DNA of 63,621 bases, filler included. It is 6 parts of 6 records of this genome, joined end to end, with 100 filler letters (N's around TTAATTAATTAA, not from the genome) between each part and the next. Parts side by side here need not be neighbours in the genome. Positions count along the whole stretch, not along the records: positions 35,274 to 52,454 come from SRR31156797_8949; positions 52,555 to 58,184 come from SRR31156797_8988; 4 more parts are not named here. One strand, written 5' to 3'. Under the pieces are notes generated by a model. That model saw only the letters and a program-made list of their open reading frames with translations, did no database searches and was not told where the DNA came from. Positions within the stretch are counted from its first letter, which is position 1. Each line of letters begins with the position of its first letter. The position numbers were made by a program, and so were the translations under genes. Shown here one piece after another: positions 46,283 through 55,275 of the stretch.

Positions 46283-47347
46283 TTACTCTTCCTTGGGACG
46301 CAGGACGGCCCGGCAGGCCCTGCACTTTTTCCTTGTAAAAACATTAACGATCTTACACCTGGGACATTTCACCTCCAGCTTATCCAGCACCCATACGGTT
46401 ATGCCCTCCGGCATGAACAGAAGCGTTAAAATCAGTATCAGGGCAATAATAATGAATCGCAGTTGCCCTCCCCACTCGGTACACGCCATTATCTCCAGAA
46501 GCGGGAACAGGATGAAGACGCCGACCACTGCACCGTATATGGTGGTAATACCGCCAAATATGGTCCATAGAATGGCCTGAAAGGAGAAAAAGAGGTCCAG
46601 GGTGGAAGGTGCCGCAATCCTCATAAAATGGACGTAAAGACCGCCGGCGATACCTGCGAAGAAGCCGCTCATGCCAAAAGCGAGCATCTTGTATCGGGTA
46701 GTGCTTATCCCGGAAACCCGCGCAGTGATCTCATCTTCACGTATGGCATGAAGGATAACGCCGGTTCTGAACATCTTGCTCTTTGCGTCGGTGAACTTCC
46801 ACATGATAAATATGGAAACGGTAAATACCATTACCACGATGTAGTAATTCATGATACGCGAAGAAGATAGCTTCTTTATTCCGGATATACCCAACTCCCC
46901 TCCGGTAAATTCCGGAAACACGAAAAGCAGCCCGGACAGGATCAGGGGAAACGACAATGTGACCAACCCCAGGTAGAAACCCCTGAGCCTCAGGGCGGGA
47001 ATACCGGCAATGAGACCCACAAACACCGCGGCAACGGCCCCACAGGGAATGGTGACCCAGGGGGGCATGTCCAGATAGAGGTTCAACAGGCCGGCCGTAT
47101 AGCCTGCAACCCCGAAGAAAAGGGCGTGTCCGAGATTAAGCTGCCCCGTAAATCCCGACAGCACGTCCCAACTGGCCGCAAAGAGAGAGAATATGGCAGC
47201 CAGGGTGATGATGCGCAGGTAATAGGGATCCTGGGTGAAAAGCGGGGCCGAAAGCAGGCATATGAAAAAACAAAGCGCTATGACCCTTCCCGGAATCGCC
47301 AGTATCCCCCCCTTGAACCAACCGTACCATAGATAAAAATAGCTCAT
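46283..47347 (-). CDS. LivM-type ABC permease with C-terminal Cys4 ribbon
   Basis: GFTGQLNLGHALFFG, LRLRGFY, AIREDE; C-terminal CPRC-x9-CRAC. Confidence 0.88.
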   Translation of the reverse strand: MSYFYLWYGWFKGGILAIPGRVIALCFFICLLSAPLFTQDPYYLRIITLAAIFSLFAASWDVLSGFTGQLNLGHALFFGVAGYTAGLLNLYLDMPPWVTIPCGAVAAVFVGLIAGIPALRLRGFYLGLVTLSFPLILSGLLFVFPEFTGGELGISGIKKLSSSRIMNYYIVVMVFTVSIFIMWKFTDAKSKMFRTGVILHAIREDEITARVSGISTTRYKMLAFGMSGFFAGIAGGLYVHFMRIAAPSTLDLFFSFQAILWTIFGGITTIYGAVVGVFILFPLLEIMACTEWGGQLRFIIIALILILTLLFMPEGITVWVLDKLEVKCPRCKIVNVFTRKKCRACRAVLRPKEE

Positions 47348-47348
47348 A

Positions 47349-48221
47349 TTACAGCCGCTCCTCCTCAAAAATCACGCCGAAAAGCCCCTCGGGCCTTATC
47401 AGCAGTACACAAACCATTATGCTCAACGAAACGGCGCCGCTCAGGAAAGCACCACCCGGAACAAGAAAGTTGACCATGGTTTCCGTATACCCCAGGATAA
47501 GGGCCCCCGCAACGCACCCCCCGATACTCCCCAGACCGCCCAGCACCACTGCCGCCAGGATGATGGTAAGGGGCTGTATCCACATGAGCGGTCCCACCAT
47601 GTATATGGGAGCGACCACCGCACCCGCCAACCCCGCCAGGGACACGGAGATGGCCATGACGATCATGAAAATGCGGTTGACGTTTATCCCCATCAGATTG
47701 GCAACCTCCCGGTCCTGCGCCACCGCCCGTATGGCGTTTCCAAGTCTCGTCTTTGACAGCAGCAACCACAGACCCAAGAGGATCAGTCCGCTGGTACCGA
47801 TGGCAAAGAGATGCTGATATGAAACCCTGCTCCCCAAGATATCCACGAATCCCTTTGAAAAGGGAGGGATACCGCGATAATGCCCTCCGAAGGTAAGGAG
47901 CAGGATTTCCTGAAAAAGCATGGCCAGGGCAACCGATATGATCATCACAGCCGTTTCGTGCTGCTTGATTCGGTCAAACAAAAGCTTGTAGCTGATGATT
48001 CCGATGATGGTTGTAATGATGATGGCACCGAGGATTGCCACGGGAAGGGGGATGGAAAGCGTTTTGGTGGCATATAGAATAAAAAAGGCCGTAAGCATAT
48101 AGAACGCGGTGTGGGCCATATTTAGAATCTTGGCCACTCCGAAGATCAAAGAAAACCCCACCGCCAGTACGGCATAAGTCCCGCCTATCACTAATCCGTT
48201 CACCAAAATATTGACTAACAT
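47349..48221 (-). CDS. LivH-type ABC permease
   Basis: AVGFSLIFG..LNMAH, TRLGNAIRAVAQD, VVLGGLGS, RPEGLFG. Confidence 0.92.
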   Translation of the reverse strand: MLVNILVNGLVIGGTYAVLAVGFSLIFGVAKILNMAHTAFYMLTAFFILYATKTLSIPLPVAILGAIIITTIIGIISYKLLFDRIKQHETAVMIISVALAMLFQEILLLTFGGHYRGIPPFSKGFVDILGSRVSYQHLFAIGTSGLILLGLWLLLSKTRLGNAIRAVAQDREVANLMGINVNRIFMIVMAISVSLAGLAGAVVAPIYMVGPLMWIQPLTIILAAVVLGGLGSIGGCVAGALILGYTETMVNFLVPGGAFLSGAVSLSIMVCVLLIRPEGLFGVIFEEERL

Positions 48222-48271
48222 GGATGCGTCCCTTTCAAATCTTAGGAGGCTTATGTTCAGCGTAATGGCCG

Positions 48272-48289
48272 TACCTGCCTAGGCAGGTA
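48272..48289. promoter_or_regulatory. perfect 18-bp palindrome upstream of the livH-like gene
   Basis: TACCTGCCTAGGCAGGTA. Confidence 0.5.
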
Positions 48290-48314
48290 TCAATAATCAC
48301 CGTTTTCCAGGCCT

Positions 48315-49463
48315 TCAGAAAAGCTGGGAAAGATCCCTTACGGCTATCTTTTCTTCCGCGCCTTCCGTCTTAACAGCGTCATCGAGCATATTGAAACACT
48401 TTGGGCATGCCGTGGCTATGACCTGAGCCCCCGCTTCAAGAGCCTCTCTTATCCGGATCCTGCTCGGGCTGTTCTCCCCCGCACCCAGCATATCGGTGAA
48501 GAAGTTCCCTCCGCCGCCGCCGCAGCAGAAGGCATCTCCCTTTGATCGCTCCATCTCCACCGTATCAAAACCGGGAATCGCCTTCAGAACCTTTCTGGGC
48601 GCCTCATATTCATGGTTGTGCCTCCCCAGGAAGCAGGGATCGTGAAAAACAATCCGCAAATCTCCTTTACCGGACGGCTTGATCTTCCCCTCTTCCAGGA
48701 CCCGGGCCAGAACCTGGCTGTAGTGTAAAACCTCGTACCGGCCCCCCCACCGGGCATAATCATTCCTGAATGCGTTGTAGGCATGGGGCGACAGGGTGAT
48801 GATCCTGCCGATCCCAAGCTCCCTGAAGAGTTCGATATTGGCCTTTGCCATATACTCGTAGAGACCTCTTTCACCGACCCGGTTTACTTCGTTTCCGTCA
48901 CTCAGCTCCCGCTCCCCCAGGATCCCGAAAGAGATGCCCGATTCCAGCAGAAGTTCCGCAACCGACCTTGTAATCTTTTGAGCCCTTTCGTCGTATGCAC
49001 CCACATCTCCCACATAGAAAAGGTATTCCTGACCGGAAAATCTCTTGACTTTTGTGCCTTCGGCCCATTTCCCCCGATCCCCGGAGGGGAGAAGATAGGG
49101 GTTGCCGTGAACGTTCATGTGTTTGAGGAAATCCCTCACCTCCGGAGGAATCATGCCCACTTCCACGGCCGCGTATTTCAGCTCTTCTATGACCTGGAGC
49201 GGATCAACGCCCACCGCATCGTGGCACTGCTCGTCACAGGCACCGCAGCTGGTGCAGGTGTAAACGCGTTTCATGAGGTTCGAATCGATCTTGATCTCGT
49301 CATCAAGCACCGCCCTGGCCAGGCTGATGCGGCCGACGGCATAGTGGGAATCGAATCCGAACTTGATGCCGGAAGGGCAGATGGGGGCATAGGCCCCGTA
49401 GGCGACCCTGCAGGCGCCGCATTTGAGGCAGTGGTAGATGGTATCTCTGTAGTCCTTCAGCAT
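48315..49463 (-). CDS. HdrD/GlpC-like Fe-S oxidoreductase (CCG domains)
   Basis: CLKCGAC..CP, CTSCGACDEQC, FHDPCFLGRHN, FCCGGGGG, TACPKC. Confidence 0.85.
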   Translation of the reverse strand: MLKDYRDTIYHCLKCGACRVAYGAYAPICPSGIKFGFDSHYAVGRISLARAVLDDEIKIDSNLMKRVYTCTSCGACDEQCHDAVGVDPLQVIEELKYAAVEVGMIPPEVRDFLKHMNVHGNPYLLPSGDRGKWAEGTKVKRFSGQEYLFYVGDVGAYDERAQKITRSVAELLLESGISFGILGERELSDGNEVNRVGERGLYEYMAKANIELFRELGIGRIITLSPHAYNAFRNDYARWGGRYEVLHYSQVLARVLEEGKIKPSGKGDLRIVFHDPCFLGRHNHEYEAPRKVLKAIPGFDTVEMERSKGDAFCCGGGGGNFFTDMLGAGENSPSRIRIREALEAGAQVIATACPKCFNMLDDAVKTEGAEEKIAVRDLSQLF

Positions 49464-49526
49464 TTATTTCTCCTTTTCGACCATATTGCACTCATCCCTG
49501 CTTGGACCTCAGCCGAACGCCTTTCC

Positions 49527-51008
49527 CTATTCAAGGGAATAGGGGCCTCCCGGAAGCATGATCCCCTTGGGATCCACCATCTTCTTGAAACCCTTGAGGA
49601 TGGCTGCATATGACGGAACCATCATCTTCATCAGGGTCTTGTTGGGAATCGTATGGGAAGCGCCGTACTTGCCTACAATGGAGGCATAGCACTCCCTGAG
49701 GCATTGCATTACCGGCTCCAGAGTGCGCCGGTCGGCTGCAGGATCATACAGGATTTCCTGTTCCACGTATACGGTTGAGCAGCGGTCGTAGGGCAACACG
49801 ATCAGTTCGTGCTCCTGGGGTTCACCCGAGATGGGGTCCCGAACATCATGTTTCTTTACGATCCCTTTTACGATATCGTTGATCTCGGCCACATAAGTTA
49901 TGGGCAAACATCCTATTACGGCCGCGAACCCGCTCAACGGCGCGTACATGTGCATGATTCCGCGGCTGGCGCCTTCGCTAACCTGATCCAGCAGTACCTT
50001 TTCTTCACCCTCGAACAACACCGGGTAACCGTCCCACCTTGCCGCCTCTTCCCCTGCAATCTTTTCAAACAGGGCAACCATCTCCTCGGTTCCTCCCAGA
50101 CCAAGGTTCATCTGAAAAGGGGGAAGCTTCTTGAGAAGGGCCTCCCTTTCACCCGGAATGCCGATCCTGTTCGGCGCCAGAAGAATATGGGCGGTGAGGA
50201 TATTGTTGTAAGCCTGGCAGGTCCTGGTGAATTCCAGGCGCTCAATGGCCTGCATGGCCTTCATGCAGTCCTCCAGCCTGTCAAAACCGAAGGTGATATT
50301 GGTCTCCAACGGCGCCACCGGCCTGAGCCTTTCCACCATCTCGACGATGATGCCGAAGTTGCCCATGCTACCCCGGAACATCCCCGTGATGTCGGGACCG
50401 TAGGCGTATCTGAAATAGGGATTCACGTCGCCGCCCTGGGCGCTTGCCCATGAACCGGTACGCAGCATTTCACCGTTGGGCAGTACCGCCTTCAGGGTAA
50501 CGGCGCGGTCGCAGTGATATTTTGATGAGTAGGGGGTAATATTGGTGAGCAGGTGATTGCCCACCGGGCTGGTCTGGTATGGCCCTCCTATGGGAATAAC
50601 ATCAAGCCCCTTCTTGTTGGCCTCCTTTCGAAGCCTGCCCCACGTTACGCCCGGCTCGATGGTGGCGGTCATGGTCTCTTCATTTATCTCCACAATCCGG
50701 TCCATGCGCTTCAAGTCCAGAACGACACCCCCTCCCTTGTAGGGAAGCGCCGAGCCCGCGATATTCACGCCGTAGCTCCTGGGATAAATGGGGATCCCGT
50801 GCTTGTTGGCCAGCAGCACGATCTTCTGCACTTCATCCCCGGTCTTGGGAAGGATCACGAAATCGGGAAGGGGAATTTCCCTGCCCATCATGGTGGAGTA
50901 TGAATCCTTGAGATAGGGGATCAGATCCGGTGCGTCCGACGACACATTGTCCGGACCCACAATGGATTCAATCTCTCTCTTTACGGCGCCCCTGTTCTCC
51001 ATTGTCAT
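49527..51008 (-). CDS. FAD-binding oxidoreductase (VAO/PCMH, GlcD-like)
   Basis: PDFVILP, DLKRMDRI, ATIEPGV, VLPNGEMLRTGS, YGPDITG, DPKGIM. Confidence 0.82.
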   Translation of the reverse strand: MTMENRGAVKREIESIVGPDNVSSDAPDLIPYLKDSYSTMMGREIPLPDFVILPKTGDEVQKIVLLANKHGIPIYPRSYGVNIAGSALPYKGGGVVLDLKRMDRIVEINEETMTATIEPGVTWGRLRKEANKKGLDVIPIGGPYQTSPVGNHLLTNITPYSSKYHCDRAVTLKAVLPNGEMLRTGSWASAQGGDVNPYFRYAYGPDITGMFRGSMGNFGIIVEMVERLRPVAPLETNITFGFDRLEDCMKAMQAIERLEFTRTCQAYNNILTAHILLAPNRIGIPGEREALLKKLPPFQMNLGLGGTEEMVALFEKIAGEEAARWDGYPVLFEGEEKVLLDQVSEGASRGIMHMYAPLSGFAAVIGCLPITYVAEINDIVKGIVKKHDVRDPISGEPQEHELIVLPYDRCSTVYVEQEILYDPAADRRTLEPVMQCLRECYASIVGKYGASHTIPNKTLMKMMVPSYAAILKGFKKMVDPKGIMLPGGPYSLE

Positions 51009-51063
51009 GGGTTCTCCTTAATTGGATTCTTTCAATCGGATTTTTTTTCTGAAAGGCGGTCGT

Positions 51064-51591
51064 TCACAGTTCCAATATCGCACCGCACCAGTCGTCATCC
51101 GGATGGGGATCAAGGGGAGCATAGACCTTTTCCACCTTGATATCCGGGTTGATCACCCCTGCGATCGCCTTCCACATGGCCGTAAAGGCCGGCTTACAGT
51201 TGAGTTCGTCCCAACCCTCTTCCCTCCTTTTCATCTGCATGGGGCATCTGGTGACCCTGAAGGCAATCCGCTTGTCAGTAAATTCCACGTATTCCGCCTC
51301 AGGCCCCTCTTCGGCCCCGAGAGAAAGGGTTACCACCTTGGCCACGTCCTCCAGAGAACTGCCGAGATTGAACAGCTCCTTGAAACGGTACGCCTCCACC
51401 GCGGGCCATTTTTTCCAGAGCAGTTCGTCGAATTCCGCAGCCACTTTCGATCCGTACCGCATGGTCACGTTACCCATCCAATTGTTCTGAACCGTCCAGA
51501 AATTACGACTCAGTACGTCAATATAGTCTATTAGCTTTTCCTTGCTGAGCCCCATGAGCTCGGCCCTTCTATCGGGCCTCTTTCCGGTCAT
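51064..51591 (-). CDS. DUF6125-like protein
   Basis: NFWTVQNNW, RCPMQ, CKP, INPDIKV, PHPDDDWC. Confidence 0.6.
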   Translation of the reverse strand: MTGKRPDRRAELMGLSKEKLIDYIDVLSRNFWTVQNNWMGNVTMRYGSKVAAEFDELLWKKWPAVEAYRFKELFNLGSSLEDVAKVVTLSLGAEEGPEAEYVEFTDKRIAFRVTRCPMQMKRREEGWDELNCKPAFTAMWKAIAGVINPDIKVEKVYAPLDPHPDDDWCGAILEL

Positions 51592-51670
51592 GGCATTTGT
51601 CTCCTGATCCTGGTTGTAACATCCATGTCGCCACCTCTTTTACACCTTGGGCCCGGCCCTTTTAACCGTC

Positions 51671-52454
51671 CTATTCCCTACCCAAGGCTTCCGTTACGAT
51701 CTCGGCCACGTCTTTGACCGCAAGAATATCTTCCAAACCCTCGTCCCGGATGCCGTCTTCCATCATCTTGGCGCACAGGGGACACGCAACCACCAGGATT
51801 TCAGCGCCGGTTTCGGCAGCTTCCCTCACACGTATGCGGTTTGCGCTGTTACCACCGCCTCCCAACATGTCCGTGTAGAAATTGCCGCCGCCACCGCCAC
51901 AGCAGAAAGCGTTCTTTTTGTTTCGTTTCATCTCCACCAGCTCAAGACCGGGGACAAGGTTCAATATCTCTCTTGGCGCCTGGTATATGTCATTGTGTCT
52001 TCCCAGATAACATGGGTCGTGATAGGTCGCCTTTACCCCGTAGTCCCGAACCGGAAGATCACCCGATTTCACCACATCCGCCAGGATTTGTGTATAGTGC
52101 ATGACCTCAAATTCGGCGCCCATGGCCGGATAATCGTTCCTGAATGCGTTGTAGCTGTGCGGGTCCAGGGATATTATTTTTTTGATTCCCATCTTTTTAA
52201 AGACGTTGATATTGGCTTCCGCCAGGTATGCAAAGAGGCCTGACTCCCCGAGGGCGTAGGCATCGTTCCCGTCGCACATCTCCTGGCCGCCCAGTATTCC
52301 GAAGTCCACCCCCCCCTCATCCAGAGCCGCCGCCACGAAACGGACCATCTTCACGCCCCTCTCGTCAAAAGCGCCCACATCCCCCACGTAAAGGAGATAT
52401 TCCTGGCCGGAATAGGGTCCAACGTTCGTCCCTTGGGCCCACTTGCCCCTCTCC
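51671..52454 (-). CDS. HdrD/GlpC-like CCG protein, paralog of 48315-49463 (5'-partial)
   Basis: frame open to the contig edge (RGKWAQG..EYLLYVGD); YHDPCYLGRHN, FCCGGGGG, VACPLC. Confidence 0.85.
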
Positions 52455-52554
52455 NNNNNNNNNNNNNNNNNNNNNNNNNNNNNNNNNNNNNNNNNNNNTT
52501 AATTAATTAANNNNNNNNNNNNNNNNNNNNNNNNNNNNNNNNNNNNNNNNNNNN
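52455..52554. other. artificial contig-joining spacer
   Basis: N44-TTAATTAATTAA-N44. Confidence 0.98.
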
Positions 52555-52556
52555 TC

Positions 52557-54593
52557 ATATCGGCAAACTTTGTTTTTTTTACTTCAGCTCTTGGTTTGAT
52601 CTTACTGAGAAATACTATTCCAGATGTTTTTTCCATAGTTTTGGCTAATTTCCTAATCTATTTTGGTCTTTTCTTTGGGTTTAAGGGCCTGGTGAGATTT
52701 GCAGGGCTTAAACTGTCTGCCCAGTTAAAGGTCTTTAATTATTTCTATTTATCTTTAGCATGTTTGATCCAGATATATTTTACATATTTTTACATTTCTC
52801 TTCAATTAAGAAATTTCAATGGTGCAGTTGCTATGATAGTTTTCTGCGGACAGATAGTATGGCTTTTGACTAAAAAGGTCGATCCAAGTCTCAAAGAAAT
52901 GTTAAAACTTGTTGCATACGTATTCCTGCTGGTTATTTTTGTGAGTTTTTTAAGGATAGGTGACTTTTTCTATGGGGTTCATACAACGGAAAGTTATTTT
53001 GATTCCGGATCGTTCCAGACCTTTATGTTCGTATCCTATCAAATGCTGTATGTCATGCTTACCTACAGTGTAGTTCTTCTTGTGAATCAGCGCCTTGTCG
53101 GAGATATCAAAGCACAGGAAAAGAAATTCTTTGCTGCTTTTAACTCCTCTCCCTATGCCATAATTCTTACACGTCTTGAAGATGGCTTGATCTTTGATGT
53201 TAATGCCGGGTTTCAAAATATCATGGGTTTTTCAAAAGAAGAGGTGCTTGGTAAAAGTACGGTTGAGCTTGATATCTGGGAAAATAATGATGACAGGGGC
53301 GTTTTTCTAAAAAACTTATCTGAAAAAGGGAAAATAGGTGGTGTTGATCTACGATTTATTACAAAAAAAGGAGAAAAGTTAATAGGTCATGTTATGGCTG
53401 ATATTATTGAAATAGATGGTGAGAAGTGTCTTCTGGCAAGTGTTGATGACGTAACGGAAAAGCGTAAGATGCATCAGGTTCTGCAAAAGACTGCAAAGCT
53501 AGACTCTTTAGGTGTTCTTGCGGGTGGAATTGCGCATGATTTTAACAATCTGCTCGGTGGAATTTTTGGATATATTGATATTGCTGAGAATAAATCACAG
53601 GACACAGTAGTTTCAGGTTATTTAGTGAAAGCATTAAATACGATCGAAAGAGCGAAAAGGTTGACACTTCAGCTTCTGACTTTTGCAAAGGGAGGTGCGC
53701 CGATAAGGAAAACCGGAGCCCTTTTTCCCTTTGTCAAAGAAACTGCTGAGTTTGCGCTGAGTGGATCAAATGTTGCCTGTAGTTTCGAACATCCCGATGA
53801 TCTGTGGATGTGTAACTACGACAAAGAGCAGATAGCCCAGGTGATAGATAATCTTATTATTAATTCCAAACAGGCAATGTCATCCGGCGGGAATATACAG
53901 ATTGTTGCTTTAAATGTTGATCTAGGTGAAGATGAGCATCCAAACCTTAGAAAAGGGAGTTATATAAGAATAGAGCTTTCTGACACGGGAAAAGGAATTC
54001 CGGAAGAACTTGTTGAAATGATATTTGATCCCTTCTTTACAACAAAAAGTCATGGTCATGGACTTGGACTTGCTACCAGCTATTCTATTGTGAAGAGGCA
54101 TAACGGTACAATAGATGTAGACTCAGTAGAAGGACAGGGAAGTGTGTTTACAATTTATCTGCCGGCAGAGAAACAAGAAAAGTTGATCGAAGAAGAAATT
54201 ACAACCTCAAAGTATCTTGGAGACGGAACAGTTATTATAATGGATGATGAAGAATTGATCAGAGAAATACTCACTGAAATGCTTGAGTCTTTTGGTTTTG
54301 AAGTTATTTCTACATCTGAGGGAAATGAAGCTGTTGCTAAATACAAACAAGAAACTGCTGAAGGAAGAAATATATCCTGCATGATCTTTGATCTGACAGT
54401 TCCCGGTGGCGTGGGAGGGAAAGAAGCCATTATGGAAATAAGAGATATTAATCCAGCTGTTCCAGTCTTTGTTGCAAGTGGTTATGCTGATGATCCGGCA
54501 ATATCTGAACCTGTGAAATATGGTTTTACGGACAGTATGTCAAAACCTTTTTCAATGAGTAAACTATCTGAAATGCTTAAAAGAAATCTTTGA
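52557..54593 (+). CDS. membrane hybrid sensor histidine kinase (TM-PAS-HisKA-HATPase-REC), 5'-partial
   Basis: GGIAHDFNN, NLIINS, DTGKG, FFTTK, GLGLA, MDDE, FDLT, SGY, KPF; frame open to the contig edge. Confidence 0.9.
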   Translation: MSANFVFFTSALGLILLRNTIPDVFSIVLANFLIYFGLFFGFKGLVRFAGLKLSAQLKVFNYFYLSLACLIQIYFTYFYISLQLRNFNGAVAMIVFCGQIVWLLTKKVDPSLKEMLKLVAYVFLLVIFVSFLRIGDFFYGVHTTESYFDSGSFQTFMFVSYQMLYVMLTYSVVLLVNQRLVGDIKAQEKKFFAAFNSSPYAIILTRLEDGLIFDVNAGFQNIMGFSKEEVLGKSTVELDIWENNDDRGVFLKNLSEKGKIGGVDLRFITKKGEKLIGHVMADIIEIDGEKCLLASVDDVTEKRKMHQVLQKTAKLDSLGVLAGGIAHDFNNLLGGIFGYIDIAENKSQDTVVSGYLVKALNTIERAKRLTLQLLTFAKGGAPIRKTGALFPFVKETAEFALSGSNVACSFEHPDDLWMCNYDKEQIAQVIDNLIINSKQAMSSGGNIQIVALNVDLGEDEHPNLRKGSYIRIELSDTGKGIPEELVEMIFDPFFTTKSHGHGLGLATSYSIVKRHNGTIDVDSVEGQGSVFTIYLPAEKQEKLIEEEITTSKYLGDGTVIIMDDEELIREILTEMLESFGFEVISTSEGNEAVAKYKQETAEGRNISCMIFDLTVPGGVGGKEAIMEIRDINPAVPVFVASGYADDPAISEPVKYGFTDSMSKPFSMSKLSEMLKRNL

Positions 54594-54651
54594 TTTTAAA
54601 GCAGAATCCGGTGATTTTGAGTGCCTTGACTGGGGGCTCTGTTATAAAACT

Positions 54652-55275
54652 CTAACTGCTAAAGACAACCAGTTTTTTATCAATAACAACTGAACTGAAT
54701 TCAAAGTAATCTGCAATAAATTCAATAGTTTTCTTCTGGTATATAAAAACATGTGTCTGGTCATTTTTATAGTACCAGTTATCAAAAGGAATATCCAAAG
54801 TATAGATATGTGTCATGCAGACAAGTTTCCCATTAACTTTGAGCATTTCCTTTAACTTTTTAAACTCTTCTTTTGGGTGATGAAAATGTTCAATGACCTC
54901 ACAGCAGACAATGTAATCATATTTTTCTTTGAGATGATCCACATCGTTCTTAAAGAACGGATCGAACAGTTTGATGCTATAACCGTTATCGATGAGAACT
55001 TTTGCAACCACAGGACCTGGTCCGCAACCATAATCAAGTCCAGAATCCTGCTCTCTAAAATGGCTCATCACAAAAGATGTGATCGGAGAAACGAACTTTT
55101 GATATCCGGGATCAAAAACGTCATTGTTATGTTCTTCGTAACGACTTTTTTCTGAATTTAGATCAGGATAGCTGTCAGGACTTCTAAAAAGACCTTTACA
55201 GTTTATGCACTCAAAGAATTCGTCTTTAAAAAAGGGTTTGCCCGAATTTCCGCAGAGCGGACAGATGTTTTTCAA
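54652..55275 (-). CDS. class I SAM-dependent methyltransferase with N-terminal Zn ribbon
   Basis: CPLC..CINC, GLDYGCGPGP, CCEVIEHF, WYYKNDQTHV; TTG start overlaps the upstream TGA. Confidence 0.85.
   Translation of the reverse strand: MKNICPLCGNSGKPFFKDEFFECINCKGLFRSPDSYPDLNSEKSRYEEHNNDVFDPGYQKFVSPITSFVMSHFREQDSGLDYGCGPGPVVAKVLIDNGYSIKLFDPFFKNDVDHLKEKYDYIVCCEVIEHFHHPKEEFKKLKEMLKVNGKLVCMTHIYTLDIPFDNWYYKNDQTHVFIYQKKTIEFIADYFEFSSVVIDKKLVVFSS

Noticed and set aside
48783-52243. Long antisense ORFs (276, 214, 170 and 198 aa) and similar ones elsewhere
   Set aside because: They are shadows of well-supported genes on the opposite strand in GC-rich DNA and have no motifs of their own
37697-52454. 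Selenocysteine (in-frame TGA) readthrough in the Fe-S/CCG redox genes
   Set aside because: The ORFs appear full length with their motifs complete, and I saw no truncation at a Cys-equivalent TGA
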